In this document: in pieces, positions 48,516 to 59,831 of the stretch | Position numbering within the stretch: position 1 is the first letter of the stretch | How the letters are laid out: each line of letters begins with the position of its first letter | From: Calditrichia bacterium | Lineage (GTDB): Bacteria; Calditrichota; Calditrichia; JAJRVZ01 | Reading direction: 5' to 3' | Assembly: GCA_963777955.1 (NCBI GenBank) | Contig: CAVZSQ010000013.1 | Coordinates: forward strand, 128,001-192,000 | DNA length: 64,000 nucleotides | The notes under the pieces: generated by a model | The model's database searches: none | What the model saw: only the letters and a program-made list of their open reading frames with translations | Told to the model about the DNA's origin: nothing | Position numbers and translations under genes: made by a program

Positions 48516-50064
48516 AACGGAAGAGTTCGGTGGTGGAGAAACGGACCGGTTGCCCGTTTATCCTTCCCGGTTTGTATTTATATTGTTGGACAGTTTCCAA
48601 AACTGCTTTATCCAGGATCTCGTTGAGGCCTTTCAGAATAGATGCCGATTCAATATCGCCACTGGGCGAGATATTGACTTTTACCCGAACTTCCCCTTTA
48701 CTGACAAAATTGCGTAGAATGTTAGTGATTTCCAGTTTGGGACGTTTGGTATACTCTTTTTTACCACCATCGATGAACACTTCTAAAAATACCTGGTTAT
48801 AGTCAATGACCGACGCCGGAGCTTCGGGTTCAGTCGTACCTTTACTGGTATTTAATGGTTTTACTTCAGCGGCTGATGCCAGCATAATACTTTCCGCCGC
48901 CGGAGCTGCCGGAGTGGTAGAAGTAACATTAGCGTCGGTAGTAGTTTGCGCGGTTTCAGTTTGAGGCTGGCCGGAGGATTGTTGGGGCACTGTTGTTCCG
49001 CTGCCAGGTGGAAGCGCGGTCCCCGCGGTTCCCGCGGCTATGTTGGTTCTGGTTGTTTCAGCAGGTTTGGGTCTGGCCGGCGGCGGAGCCTGTACCGTTG
49101 ATTGAGCCGGACTCTGGGCAGTTATGGTTGTTTGGCTGACTGCAACATACTGTTCGACATTCGGGCGGGAAGTGCGTTCACGATACACCGGTTCATACTC
49201 GATCTTGCCATATTTACCGTTATCATTAAAATCATAAAGGATTTTATCGATCTGGGCATTGTTAACTTTGCCCCAGATATTATTTTGCGCCAGAATAGCC
49301 TGATTGGAATGGTTATATATTTCATATTGCTCATTATTTGTTATCCGGTTTTCGCCCTGGTTATAATTAGCATCGTTGTTTAACGATCCCAGATTCGGCC
49401 TGGACGTACTGAACAGGATAACGCCGATTGGATTCTGGGTGATCAGGTTCCTGCTCAGGACCGGTGTAGAACCCAGATTACATACAATTCCGGCATAGCC
49501 GTTTTCGGTAATAATACATCCCCGGATGGTCGGATTCGACTTTATTTCTGTGACAATTCCGGCATTAAAATTATAGCGGAATTCCGAATTTGCAATCAGA
49601 CCCTGGCTGTTTTTTACGGTTACACCTGTATTGGCATATTCGATCTGGCAATATTCCAGTATATTATTCGCTTCACTGTATAGTAACTGAATACCGTACC
49701 AATCGCCCATACGCGGGGATTCAGCTGCTGAACTAAAAACTATTTTCTTCGAACTCTGTCCGCGCGCTACCAGAATCCCGCGGATATTCAATTCACAACG
49801 GGTTTTATCATCACCTTCTTTAAGTTGATCGCTATTGGCCGAAAATAAAACACGGGTACCAGCCGCAATATTTAACTGGCTGTTCTTGGCTACTGTCACA
49901 TCCCCTTTGACCAGGACTGTACCACTCCAGTTAATAATGCCACGCAATTCACCACTAACCGTGGTCGCGACCTGCGCTCCGATGTGGCTGGCACATAAGA
50001 GGATCAGAACAAAAAGAATGTAATTTTTCATAGTTATTGCACTTATTTTAATTCTATTGTTCAA
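48508..50064 (-). CDS. Right-handed beta-helix domain + Pro/Thr/Ala linker + TonB C-terminal domain
   Basis: Signal peptide; L.IAAGTRVLF..GDWYGI pectin-lyase-like repeats; low-complexity linker; GEVRVKVNISPSGDI...LDKAVLETVQQYKYKPGRINGQPV. Confidence 0.8.
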   Translation of the reverse strand: MNNRIKISAITMKNYILFVLILLCASHIGAQVATTVSGELRGIINWSGTVLVKGDVTVAKNSQLNIAAGTRVLFSANSDQLKEGDDKTRCELNIRGILVARGQSSKKIVFSSAAESPRMGDWYGIQLLYSEANNILEYCQIEYANTGVTVKNSQGLIANSEFRYNFNAGIVTEIKSNPTIRGCIITENGYAGIVCNLGSTPVLSRNLITQNPIGVILFSTSRPNLGSLNNDANYNQGENRITNNEQYEIYNHSNQAILAQNNIWGKVNNAQIDKILYDFNDNGKYGKIEYEPVYRERTSRPNVEQYVAVSQTTITAQSPAQSTVQAPPPARPKPAETTRTNIAAGTAGTALPPGSGTTVPQQSSGQPQTETAQTTTDANVTSTTPAAPAAESIMLASAAEVKPLNTSKGTTEPEAPASVIDYNQVFLEVFIDGGKKEYTKRPKLEITNILRNFVSKGEVRVKVNISPSGDIESASILKGLNEILDKAVLETVQQYKYKPGRINGQPVRFSTTELFRFE

Positions 50065-50251
50065 TTGTCCTTCTTTACTAAACCAGCTGATATTCTTTTC
50101 CTGCCTTTAATCGCTCTTAATCCTGATTTTCGGCAGATTTAATCAAGGCTTTACTATCTCTTAGCGGATTGTACACAAATACTACACCTTACGCGGCGGA
50201 GGCGCAACAGTAGGCTCTGCTGGAATTTTTTCTAATATTCAGGAAAACAGA

Positions 50252-53200
50252 TTATATTTCGATAAATTTTTCTAAAGATTTAAGCAGGTCGACCTCCTTA
50301 AAAGGTTTCATTATATACTCATTAGCCCCCAGCCTTTTGCCCATTTCCCTGCTTTCTTCACCTGCGCGTCCGGTCAGGATTACGATAGGTAATTGTTTAT
50401 ATTTTTCGTTTTTACGTATTTTTTCAATAAGTTCAAATCCGTGCATTTCAGGCATTTCCAGATCGGTAATTACTATATCAAAGTCTGATTTTTTCAGGGC
50501 GGTAATGGCTTCCGGTCCACTGCTGGCTAATACTGTCACATAATTATATCGTTCCAGGACAGCTGATACAAATTTACGGACACTGATTGAATCATCAACA
50601 ATCAGCGCTACTGCTTTACGGCCTGTTATTTTTTTCCTGGAAATCGGCAAAAAAGCAAATTCACTTTCCGGAGTTTCGATCCATGCCGGTTTTACCGGTT
50701 CGGCCACCTTTTGCCTTTGTTGAATCTTTTTTCTGGCCAGGTCCATTGCTGAAAAATCTTGTTGTCCACCGTAATATTCAGCCTGTATTTTTTTGGTAAT
50801 AGCCGGAATATCGAGTACCAGTCCCACTGAACCATCGCCAAGGATTGTGCCGCCTGCTACAAAATTAAGCCGGCTCAATGGTTCGCCCAGTGATTTGACC
50901 ACGATATCTTCGCGACGCAATACCTTGTCCACTACCAGCGCATATTTAATACCTGCTTCGCGGATAACCAGACATATATTTCGGTCAGTTTTTTTCGCCG
51001 GTGCTTGCCCATAATTCAAAAAATTATGCAGCATAACCATGGGAATAGATTCCTGGCGTATAGTAAGATGAGTTTTACCGGTCTGTTGTTTAACCTGGTC
51101 CATATTAAACTGAACAGTCTCTTCTACCGTGGTCAGAGGTATGGCCAGTACATTCTGGTTCTGTTCTACCAGCACCGCAGGGGTAATTGCCATAGTCAGA
51201 GGCACCCGGATGCTGAACAATGTTCCCTTATCCGTTTTAGAACTGATCCGGATATCCCCTTTGACTTTACGTAATTGCGCGGCAACCACGTCTAATCCCA
51301 CACCGCGTCCGGAAATATCGGTAGCAGTCTCCCTGGTGGAAAATCCTGGATAAAACACGAAAAACAGCAGATCAGTTTCCGACATTTTAGTGATTTCCTG
51401 ATCCGTGGCCAGATTTTTTTTCTTGATCATGGCTTTTATTTTTACCAGATCCATACCCCGGCCGTCATCCTGGACTTCGATGATCACCTGATTTTTCTCA
51501 CGAAAAGCTTTCAGGAGAATTATGCCGTCTTCACTCTTACCTTTCTCAATCCTTGCCGCCGGTAATTCAATACCATGGTCAATGGCATTTCTGATCAGGT
51601 GCATGAGTGGATCGGTCAGGGATTCCACCATGGCCCGGTCCATCTCCGTATCAGAACCTTCGATCACCAGGTTTACTTTCTTGGACTGTTTCCTGGCCAG
51701 ATCACGTACCGCCCGTGGAAAACGGTTGAATAGCACTTCCGTTGGCACCATGCGCACCTGCAGAATATCATCATGCAACAACTTGGTCAGCGAGGAAATT
51801 TGACTGATATTTTGTTCTACATAACGAGTCAGCAGGTTGAAATCCGAAGAAGCACTTTCTAACTGATCCAGTATTTCCTTGAACTCTTTATAGGTTTTGG
51901 TTAACTCGGCAAACTGTTTGGTTTTCTTTCCTGTATGTTCTGTGCCCGCCGCAGGGGTACTTTCCGGTTTTTCCAGTATATTTTCCAGTGAACCGCTGGT
52001 CGATTTTAATTTTAATTTTCCCTGCTCCAGAATATTGCCGATTTTACGCAAGGAGTCCAGATAATTTAAAAATTGCGCCTTATTCACAACCAGCTCGGCC
52101 GCCATATTCACCAGCTTATCCAGGCGCTCCGTAGTGATTTTAATAACCTGTTCCTGTTCTCCCGCGGCGAATGGAATCAATTTTGCGTCAATAAACCGTG
52201 ATTTAATATCCTGCCCTGTGGGTGCGGGTGCAACCGGAACCGTAGCGGGGAGACCAAGCATCAAATTCAGATCGGCCAGGGTCGATTCATAACTGGCGCT
52301 ATAATCTCCCTGACCGGCCTTCACCGCTGCAACCATGGCCTGGATTTCATCAACCCCTTTAAAAATCACATCCAGCGATTCTCCCAACTCCTTGGGATTG
52401 GAGGTTTTATTTTTTTCAAAAAAATCTTCCATCCGGTGAGCTGAATCTGCCGATATTCTCATACTGCATGATTTGAGCACTGCCTTTGAGGGTGTGCATA
52501 TGGCGGCACAAATCATTGATCAGAGCCTGGTCATCGGGCTTCTTTTCCAGTTTTACTAAATCCTGATTCATCTTTTCGATTAATTCCCAGGCTTCTTTCA
52601 GAAACAACTCGGTTTCATTGCTCAGCACAAATCGTTCGGATTTTGGCTGCTGTGAAACTTTTGCCTGAGGTTTGCCCGCTTGCCTGGCCTTCAGGTTCTG
52701 CATTTCCAGATTATACAAAACTTCACTGATCACATCCGGATCGTATTTTTCACCCGCCGTCAAATTTCTGATGACTTTTAAAGCCGCAGCGATACTTTCT
52801 ATTACTGCCGGTTCATTGGTTATTTCACCGTTCTGAACCGACTCAGCAACCTGCTCCAGGCCGTCACCAATCTGGCCGATTTCCCTGAAACCCAGCATTT
52901 TGGCGGCGCTTTTCAATGAGTGACTGGCGTGTTCCAGTTGACCCAATGCTTCGGGATTATTCGGTTCTTTCCTGAGCGTGGCTACGGCACTTTCTATGAT
53001 TCTGAGATATTCCGCGGATTCTTCTTTAAAAATCTGCAGTAAATCTTCATCTTCTGTTCCGGCCGCCGCAAATAATGGTTTTTCTTCTGTTTTAATTTTT
53101 TTATCGGCCGTTGATACAGTTGTTTCTTTGACCGCTGGCGGTACAGGCTTTTCTACCAGATTAATCGTTTTCAATTTCATCTTGAGCATGGGAAAATCGG

Positions 53201-55740
53201 CATCCTGCTTATCGATGATCCGCCGCAGCCCGGCAAAAACTTCTCTGAAAACCGGTATAAGATTCTCATCCGGGATTATAGCCGGTGCCTGCAGCTTCTC
53301 GCATATTTCTTCAATGGGGGCAGCCAGATTAGCGACATCATCATAACCCATCAAACGTGCCGATGATTTGATAGAATGCAAGCACTTTTCAATCGTACCT
53401 GCTTTTTCCCGGTTAAATCCACCACTCTCCAGCGAGTTCAGTGCCTCTTCGGCCTTGCTCAAATCCTTGCTAGCTTCCTGTTTGAAAATTTCTTCCAGAT
53501 CTTCTTCAAATTCTTCGTCCCCGGCTTTCAGCTCTTCCGGCTGGGGAGTCAGGGGTCTGGCGGTGACTGGTTCGGCCTCAATCTTTGCTGCGGGCTGTAC
53601 CGGAACTTCCGGTTCTGTCTCAGCTTTCTCCGGGTGAATAATTTCTTTTAATACACTGATCAGTTCTGCAGCGTCCGTTTGCTGCAAACCCTTGCTCTCC
53701 AGAGATTGAGTAAAGAGTTTATAGACCTGGCGGATTTCATCAAAGATGATTGGATCGGGATTAAATTGTTTTTCCTGTTTAAATAAACTTATATAATAAT
53801 CGGCGAAGACCAGGGCTTTAGGAGCTTGCAACATTTTCAGGTTGTTGGCCAGACGCACGAAATGTTCAACCTGCTTATTTCTTTCCGACTCATTTTTTTC
53901 AATAAACACCTTCGATAAACAATCGGCAAACTTGGCTAAGTGCGTTTTTTCAAAATCCACCAGGATCTTATTTAAAGCGCTGTGGTCACTGGAAGCAATT
54001 GCCTCTGCAGTCATCGCCTGTGCCCGGGAAGAAGTCTCCGCGGCGGCTTGCTTTAATTGTTTGTTGAGCGAGGCCCAGTTGACCTTGACCGGTAAATTTT
54101 GAGCAACCTGATCGTAGATTTCCAATAATTCAAGAACGGTTGCTTGGTAATGTGGATCGGCAACCGGCAGACGGACCAGTGCGTTTTTATACTCATGTAA
54201 AAATTGTGCCGCCTCTTTTTCCCGGATTAATTGTGCAGCCGAGATTAACTTGTTCAGCAACGGTTCTGTGCCGGGAGGATTTGCCTGTACTGTTAACAGA
54301 TCCTGAAGATTTGACCGTACAGTCTGTAATACATCACTGAACAACGAGATCATCCCGGAGCGGTTGCTGAATGGTATTTCTTCCCGGTTGATTTCAGCCG
54401 CACCCGGCGCGGGTTCGGAAGCAATTTCTGGCTCAGCTGCTGCCTTTTCGCCCCGTCTCTTTTTGACAAATAAAGAGTCCCGGAACAGTTCCGGTAATTG
54501 CTGCAACTGTTCAAGTTGCGGACTTTTCTGGCGCACATCCTTTAATTTGTCGGTATTTTTCAATAATCCAAAAAAGGTCGAGAAAATCTGGAATGATTCC
54601 GGATTGAGAACTTTCTTCTTGCGCATCCCGTCATTCAGGATAGCAATTATTTCCGTGCAGAAATCTTCAATAACCGTATAACCGTGGATCATGTTGATTT
54701 CTTTAAAGGACTGTAACTGCGCAGCCAGAACATGCAAATTTTTCGGCTCGGTTGGACTGGCAATAATATCAGCTATAATTTTTGTGAACTGCTGAATATG
54801 CTCATCGACTTCCGACTGGAAGTATTCTGAAAGCAGGGTATCAATAGTGGTAGGCTGTTCAGACACTTCTTCCTTTTCGAACTTCGTCTTTTTCTTAATT
54901 TCCGCGATCATTATCTTACCGCCGTTAACCGAATCACGGATCATCGGTCCATGCTGGGTATTCAGCACTTCCAGAGTTTTAATTATTTTTCCGGTCAGAG
55001 ATGGCAGGTTTTGATAATACCTGGTGACCTGGTATTTTTGTTCTTTTATCCAGGGACAAGCGGAACCGAGACTGTGAAAAAATATCAGTCAGGGCAGCTG
55101 GACTATCCTTAGGAAGTGGTTGCTTAAGATTCCGGATTACTATTTCAACGAATTTATTCAATTGAGCGGCCTGATCGGTATTAAAGCGGTCGATCAGTTT
55201 TTCACGCAGTTGAGTACTGAACTCGATTTCCAGGAATTTTTCCACATTTATCTCATCACGAACCATTTCCGGTTTTTGCGGTGTAAGTGCAGCTGCCGCC
55301 GAGGGTTGCTTTTCGGCCTTTACTTTTTTAGCCGCCGCAGGCTTCTTTATTCTGGTGACTTCTTTTTTCGATTCGGCTGCGAATTTACCGTTTACATTCT
55401 TAATCGCCGTACTCAGGCTTTCTTCTTCTACCATCAGAGCCAGACCGGTCACAAAATCATTCACCGTCTCCTGCAGTCCCTGGTAAGCTGCACTCGGTGA
55501 ATAATCTTCAATGCGGTCGATGATATCAAAAAGAAAGATTGAAAGTTCCCCCGATCCCTGTTCCTCAGCTATCCTGGCGATTGCATTCGTCAGCTGCTCC
55601 TGTTGACCCAGATGCTGGATTAATTCTCGTACTAATTTTGTTTCTTCAGTCGCAAGTTTTTGCGGCAGTGAGGAATGTACGCGGTTAAAGAATTCTCGAA
55701 TATAAAATTGGCTGAAATTTATTAATTTGCTTTCGATCAT
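50252..55740 (-). CDS. cheA: Hybrid chemosensory histidine kinase CheA/ChpA-like (multiple Hpt, kinase, CheW, REC; ~1,830 aa, two frameshifts)
   Basis: Hpt motifs HSIKSSA, HSLKSAA, HTLKGSA; LDKLVNMAAELV; HLIRNAIDHGIE; DDGRG; SGRGVGLDVV; C-terminal LIVDDS..TDLEMP..KP; frames run on across both ORF junctions. Confidence 0.92.
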
Positions 55741-55755
55741 TCTGTTCCTCAATGA

Positions 55756-57552
55756 TTAGGACGATAATTTAAATTTGCTCACGGTACCATTCAGTGATTT
55801 TGAAAGAGATTCCAAATGTATTACTTCATGTTCGGTTTTTTTGGCGCCCTCAGCAGTCTCCCGGGATATCTTCAGAATTTTATCCATGATGGCTACAATA
55901 TCCTGAGTGGATTGCAACTGGTTTTTGGTAGCCCGGGATATCTCTCCGGCTGAAGTGGTCGAAATATTAACTGCATTTAAAATTTCCTTTAAAGCCGATC
56001 CGGCGGCATCAACCATCTTCGTACCTTCCGCAACTTCCCGGTCACCGATCTCCATGGCCATAACAGCCTCGGCTGTGCCATTCTGGATATCATCGATTAA
56101 CTGGGTTATTTCGCCGGCAGCACGACTCGAACGTTCAGCCAGATCACGGATCTCATCGGCAACGATTGAAAAACCTTTGCCGGCAGCACCGGCCCGGGTA
56201 GCTTCAATCGTGGCATTAAGGGCCAGTAGATTGGTACGATTGGCTATCTCACGGATAAAACCGGTAATTTCTCCGATCCGTTCAGAACTATCACCAAGTG
56301 ATTTTACCCGTTTGGAAGTTTCCAGCACTGTATCTTTGATACGTTCCATACCCTCAAGTGATTGTTTCATGATCTGCCCGCTTCGTTCGGCCACTTCCCG
56401 GGTTATCCGTGCTGAATCTGCCGCCCGCAGGGCACTGTTGTCGGTATTACCGGATATAACCGCTACATCATGGGTGACATTGCGCAACTGTTCAATCTCA
56501 TGCGCCTGGTTTTCAGCCCCCGTAGCCATATTTTTACTGGTATTCAAAACATTGCTGGTAAAGGTAGTCACCTGATCCGCCGCTTTTTTGACATCTTTTA
56601 CCAGGCCGCTCAGATCAGAGACCATCAGGTTAAATGAATCGGCCAGAGCGCCCAGTACATCAGCTGTTACCCTGGCATTAACCGTAAAATCCCCTTCCGC
56701 GGCAGCACTGACAATCCTCAATAATTCTTTAGTCTGTTTCTGTAATTTTTCCTTATTCCCTTCCGCCTCAACTTGTTTGTGCAAACTCTTTTCTAACTGC
56801 TCTGTCGTTCGGCCAATCTCAGCCAGATAATTTTTTGCCAGGGGCAGTCTTCTGCTGGTGAAGACGCCGGACCCCAATTGGGTAAATTGCTCAGCGAGGA
56901 TGTCGATATTTTGTTGTAATGGTTTGACGGCAAGCCATAACAACACAATACCGCCTACAAGGAAAATTAAACTGGTTATGATGGCCGGGATCAAATATGC
57001 CTTAATAGCGGGCAGTTTATCACCGACCGGGACATCGATCTGCAGTAAGGCAGCCACAAGATGTTCGCGATTACGCAGGGGAGCGAAGACACTCATGCAG
57101 GTCCGGCCGCGCAGTGCATAAGGAGATTTAATTTCGACTGTACCCCTGTAAAAAGTTGATCCCATTTCGGACAAAAGATTATTATCCTGATCGATTACAT
57201 TCTTATTTTCAGAACTGGCGATATAGGCAGTGAAATTACCCTTGCGGCGCAGGATTTTAACTCCGGCCGGTTCCAGATTATTGGCCAGCTGGATCGATTC
57301 CAATGCTTTATATATTTTTTTATACGCTTCGGTACTATAATCGCCGGGTTTGAGAATCTGCTGTAACAGGGTCCCGTCAATTTGCCCTGCCGCTGTAACC
57401 GCCATGGTCCTCAACTGTGCGGCGATTGCCGCCGTAACCGCTTTTTGCGATAGCAAATATAGCCAGATACTGACAGCAAAAATCAAAACCAAAACCAGAG
57501 GAAACAGGCCAAGCATTGCTTTCTTTACTATTTGAGTACTGGTTTTAGACAT
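55756..57552 (-). CDS. Methyl-accepting chemotaxis protein (PilJ-like cytoplasmic part)
   Basis: Two TM helices around a periplasmic domain; [57 protein letters not shown]. Confidence 0.95.
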   Translation of the reverse strand: MSKTSTQIVKKAMLGLFPLVLVLIFAVSIWLYLLSQKAVTAAIAAQLRTMAVTAAGQIDGTLLQQILKPGDYSTEAYKKIYKALESIQLANNLEPAGVKILRRKGNFTAYIASSENKNVIDQDNNLLSEMGSTFYRGTVEIKSPYALRGRTCMSVFAPLRNREHLVAALLQIDVPVGDKLPAIKAYLIPAIITSLIFLVGGIVLLWLAVKPLQQNIDILAEQFTQLGSGVFTSRRLPLAKNYLAEIGRTTEQLEKSLHKQVEAEGNKEKLQKQTKELLRIVSAAAEGDFTVNARVTADVLGALADSFNLMVSDLSGLVKDVKKAADQVTTFTSNVLNTSKNMATGAENQAHEIEQLRNVTHDVAVISGNTDNSALRAADSARITREVAERSGQIMKQSLEGMERIKDTVLETSKRVKSLGDSSERIGEITGFIREIANRTNLLALNATIEATRAGAAGKGFSIVADEIRDLAERSSRAAGEITQLIDDIQNGTAEAVMAMEIGDREVAEGTKMVDAAGSALKEILNAVNISTTSAGEISRATKNQLQSTQDIVAIMDKILKISRETAEGAKKTEHEVIHLESLSKSLNGTVSKFKLSS

Positions 57553-57569
57553 GGTTGAATCCTGGATTA

Positions 57570-58007
57570 TTACCGGTTTATTTTTTCCATCAAAGTAAAC
57601 ATCTTGTTTACGTCGATCAGATATACCTGCTCGAGTTCATCATAATTGTATGCACCGCGGAGTAAGGGCGTCAACTGTTCCGGTACCGGACCGGCTGAGG
57701 TTTTGATCTTTGCTTCTTCGACAGTGATAAAATCCAATACTTTTTCTACCGCCAAACCTAACAGGTTTTTCTGATATTCAACGATAATAGCCGTACCCAT
57801 GGAAAAACGGCTATTATGTTCAACTCCCCACAATGAACGAAAGTCAATCAACGGAACTATAATTCCACGCAGGTTAAAAACCCCGGCGAATGGTTGCTCC
57901 ACATTCGGCACCGCTGTGATTTTAGGCAGATTAACCACTTCCTTCACCACATCGATATCGATGGCGAACAATTTGTTGGCGATTTTAAAGAGTGAGTAAC
58001 GCATCAT
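57570..58007 (-). CDS. cheW: CheW adaptor
   Basis: FAIDI..VKEVV..ITAVPN...[20 protein letters not shown]. Confidence 0.93.
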   Translation of the reverse strand: MMRYSLFKIANKLFAIDIDVVKEVVNLPKITAVPNVEQPFAGVFNLRGIIVPLIDFRSLWGVEHNSRFSMGTAIIVEYQKNLLGLAVEKVLDFITVEEAKIKTSAGPVPEQLTPLLRGAYNYDELEQVYLIDVNKMFTLMEKINR

Positions 58008-58040
58008 AAGAATTCTTTTTTAGTTCAATCTGACAACGAA

Positions 58041-59027
58041 TTAACTTAACAAATGTCTTACTTTATCTACCAATTCCTCATCCCGGAAGGGTTTAGGTAA
58101 AAAATCATCTACACCGACTTCCTTGGCACTTTCCACAAGTTGCGGGGCATCTTTACCCGACAACATGATCACCGGGGTTTTTCGGGAAGATTTTATCTTT
58201 TTCAGCACTTCGATTCCATTCATATCCGGCAACATCATATCCAAAATAATCAAATTGGGATTGATTTTATCGATTCCCTCCATCCCGTCCTTGGCGTTGG
58301 TAGCCGTATGGATCAGGTAATCCTCTCCTTCCAGAGCGATCTCCACCATTTTGCGGATGACAATACTATCATCGATGACCATGATCTTTTTCTTAGCAAC
58401 ATCGCTGACCGCTTTTGCCGGTGGCACAACTTTCTCAGGTACAACTTTCTTTATCTCCGGCTTGGTAATTTTTTCCGCCGGCCCTTTAACCGCTGTTAGC
58501 GGTGCCTCCGGGGCCTCACTGATCTCTGCCAGTAAATCTTCAATGCCGGCTTTTTCTTCAACCTCTTCCGCTTCTGCTGCAGGTGTTTCAAACTCATGTT
58601 CCAGATTTATTTCCGGTGCTAAATCCGGTTCGACCGGCGTCAGCGCAGCTGCCGTTTTCTTTTCTTCCGCTGTAAAACTCTCATGAGCCTCGGGCTGTTC
58701 CTGCAGGGCTTGCTCAATTTCAGTCAACTCGGCACTTACCAGTTCCTCTTCCACCGGGGCTGGCAACACCTTCTCTTTTACAGCCGCAGGTTTACGCTCA
58801 ACTTCTTCGACTGCTTTTTCTGCATCCTGGCCGCTGATCAGGTTTTTGGTTTTCAGGGTCCCCAGTGCTAAATTGAGCACCTCTTCCTCTTCTTTGAGCA
58901 GATCTTTCAGTTCCTTCACCGAGGTATTTTCGGTTACCATGAAAAGCACTTTCCATTCTGTATAGGTCAAAGTGAGGTTTTTAATCTTCTCATCTAAATT
59001 TTTTACCCTACTATAAATTTGTTCCAC
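58041..59027 (-). CDS. Response regulator with N-terminal helical domain, acidic linker and C-terminal REC (PatA/PilG-like)
   Basis: LTYTEWKVL N-domain; Glu/Ala/Pro linker; IMVIDDS..ILDMMLP..MLSG..KPF. Confidence 0.85.
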   Translation of the reverse strand: MEQIYSRVKNLDEKIKNLTLTYTEWKVLFMVTENTSVKELKDLLKEEEEVLNLALGTLKTKNLISGQDAEKAVEEVERKPAAVKEKVLPAPVEEELVSAELTEIEQALQEQPEAHESFTAEEKKTAAALTPVEPDLAPEINLEHEFETPAAEAEEVEEKAGIEDLLAEISEAPEAPLTAVKGPAEKITKPEIKKVVPEKVVPPAKAVSDVAKKKIMVIDDSIVIRKMVEIALEGEDYLIHTATNAKDGMEGIDKINPNLIILDMMLPDMNGIEVLKKIKSSRKTPVIMLSGKDAPQLVESAKEVGVDDFLPKPFRDEELVDKVRHLLS

Positions 59028-59043
59028 AGTAGTTCCTTTCTTT

Positions 59044-59817
59044 TTATGAAGGATTTGAATTTTGCATTATAATTTCTTCCGCCAACTGTAAATAACCCAC
59101 TGCCCCGGGTGAGGTGATGTCAAATAAAGCCACCGGTTTACCACGGCTTGGCGCTTCAGCTAATTTAGAATTTCTCGGTATTGTGGTTTCAAGTACTGAT
59201 TTCTTTAAACTATATCGGATTTTTTGCAGAATCTCCTGATTCTTTTTTATCCTTTTATCATACATTGTAACGAGAAATCCCTTGAAATACAAGCTGGGAT
59301 TGTGTTTTCTGCTGATCTCCTTGATGGTACGTATAAATTTCCCCAGCGCTTTCAGCGAATAATATTCACACTGCACCGGCACCAGTAAGGAATTGGCCGC
59401 CGTCAACGCGTTGAGAGTGATACTGCCCAGACTGGGCGGACAATCCAGAACGATATATTCATATATTGTTTTATAAGGTGCCAGCACCTGTTTTAGTAAA
59501 CTAAAATTCATAGCATAGCGGAAAAAATCGATCTCCTCTTCTTCTGTATAGACATTGGAGGGAACGATAAAAAGATCCCCCAGTCCAACGTCGATGAAGG
59601 TATCAGCCAGTGGAATGTTTTCAGAAAAAACCTGCAACATACCCTTTTTGATCTTGGTTTCATTCAATTGAAAACTGGCGGCCACGCTACCCTGCGGATC
59701 CATATCGATCAACAAGGTTTTACGGTTTAGAATAGCCAGACTCGCACTTAAATTTACAGCGGTCGTCGTTTTTCCCACTCCACCTTTTTGACTGGCTACA
59801 GCAATAATCTCACCCAT
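59044..59817 (-). CDS. ParA/Soj-family ATPase
   Basis: SQKGGVGKTTT; IDMDPQG; DCPPSLG; VPVQCEY; TMYD; IPRN..LAEAPS.G. Confidence 0.93.
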   Translation of the reverse strand: MGEIIAVASQKGGVGKTTTAVNLSASLAILNRKTLLIDMDPQGSVAASFQLNETKIKKGMLQVFSENIPLADTFIDVGLGDLFIVPSNVYTEEEEIDFFRYAMNFSLLKQVLAPYKTIYEYIVLDCPPSLGSITLNALTAANSLLVPVQCEYYSLKALGKFIRTIKEISRKHNPSLYFKGFLVTMYDKRIKKNQEILQKIRYSLKKSVLETTIPRNSKLAEAPSRGKPVALFDITSPGAVGYLQLAEEIIMQNSNPS

Positions 59818-59831
59818 GCAAATTCCGTTGT

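Noticed and set aside
50065..50251. Possible structured RNA between cheA and the TonB gene
   Set aside because: Only weak pairing, and no riboswitch consensus that I recognise
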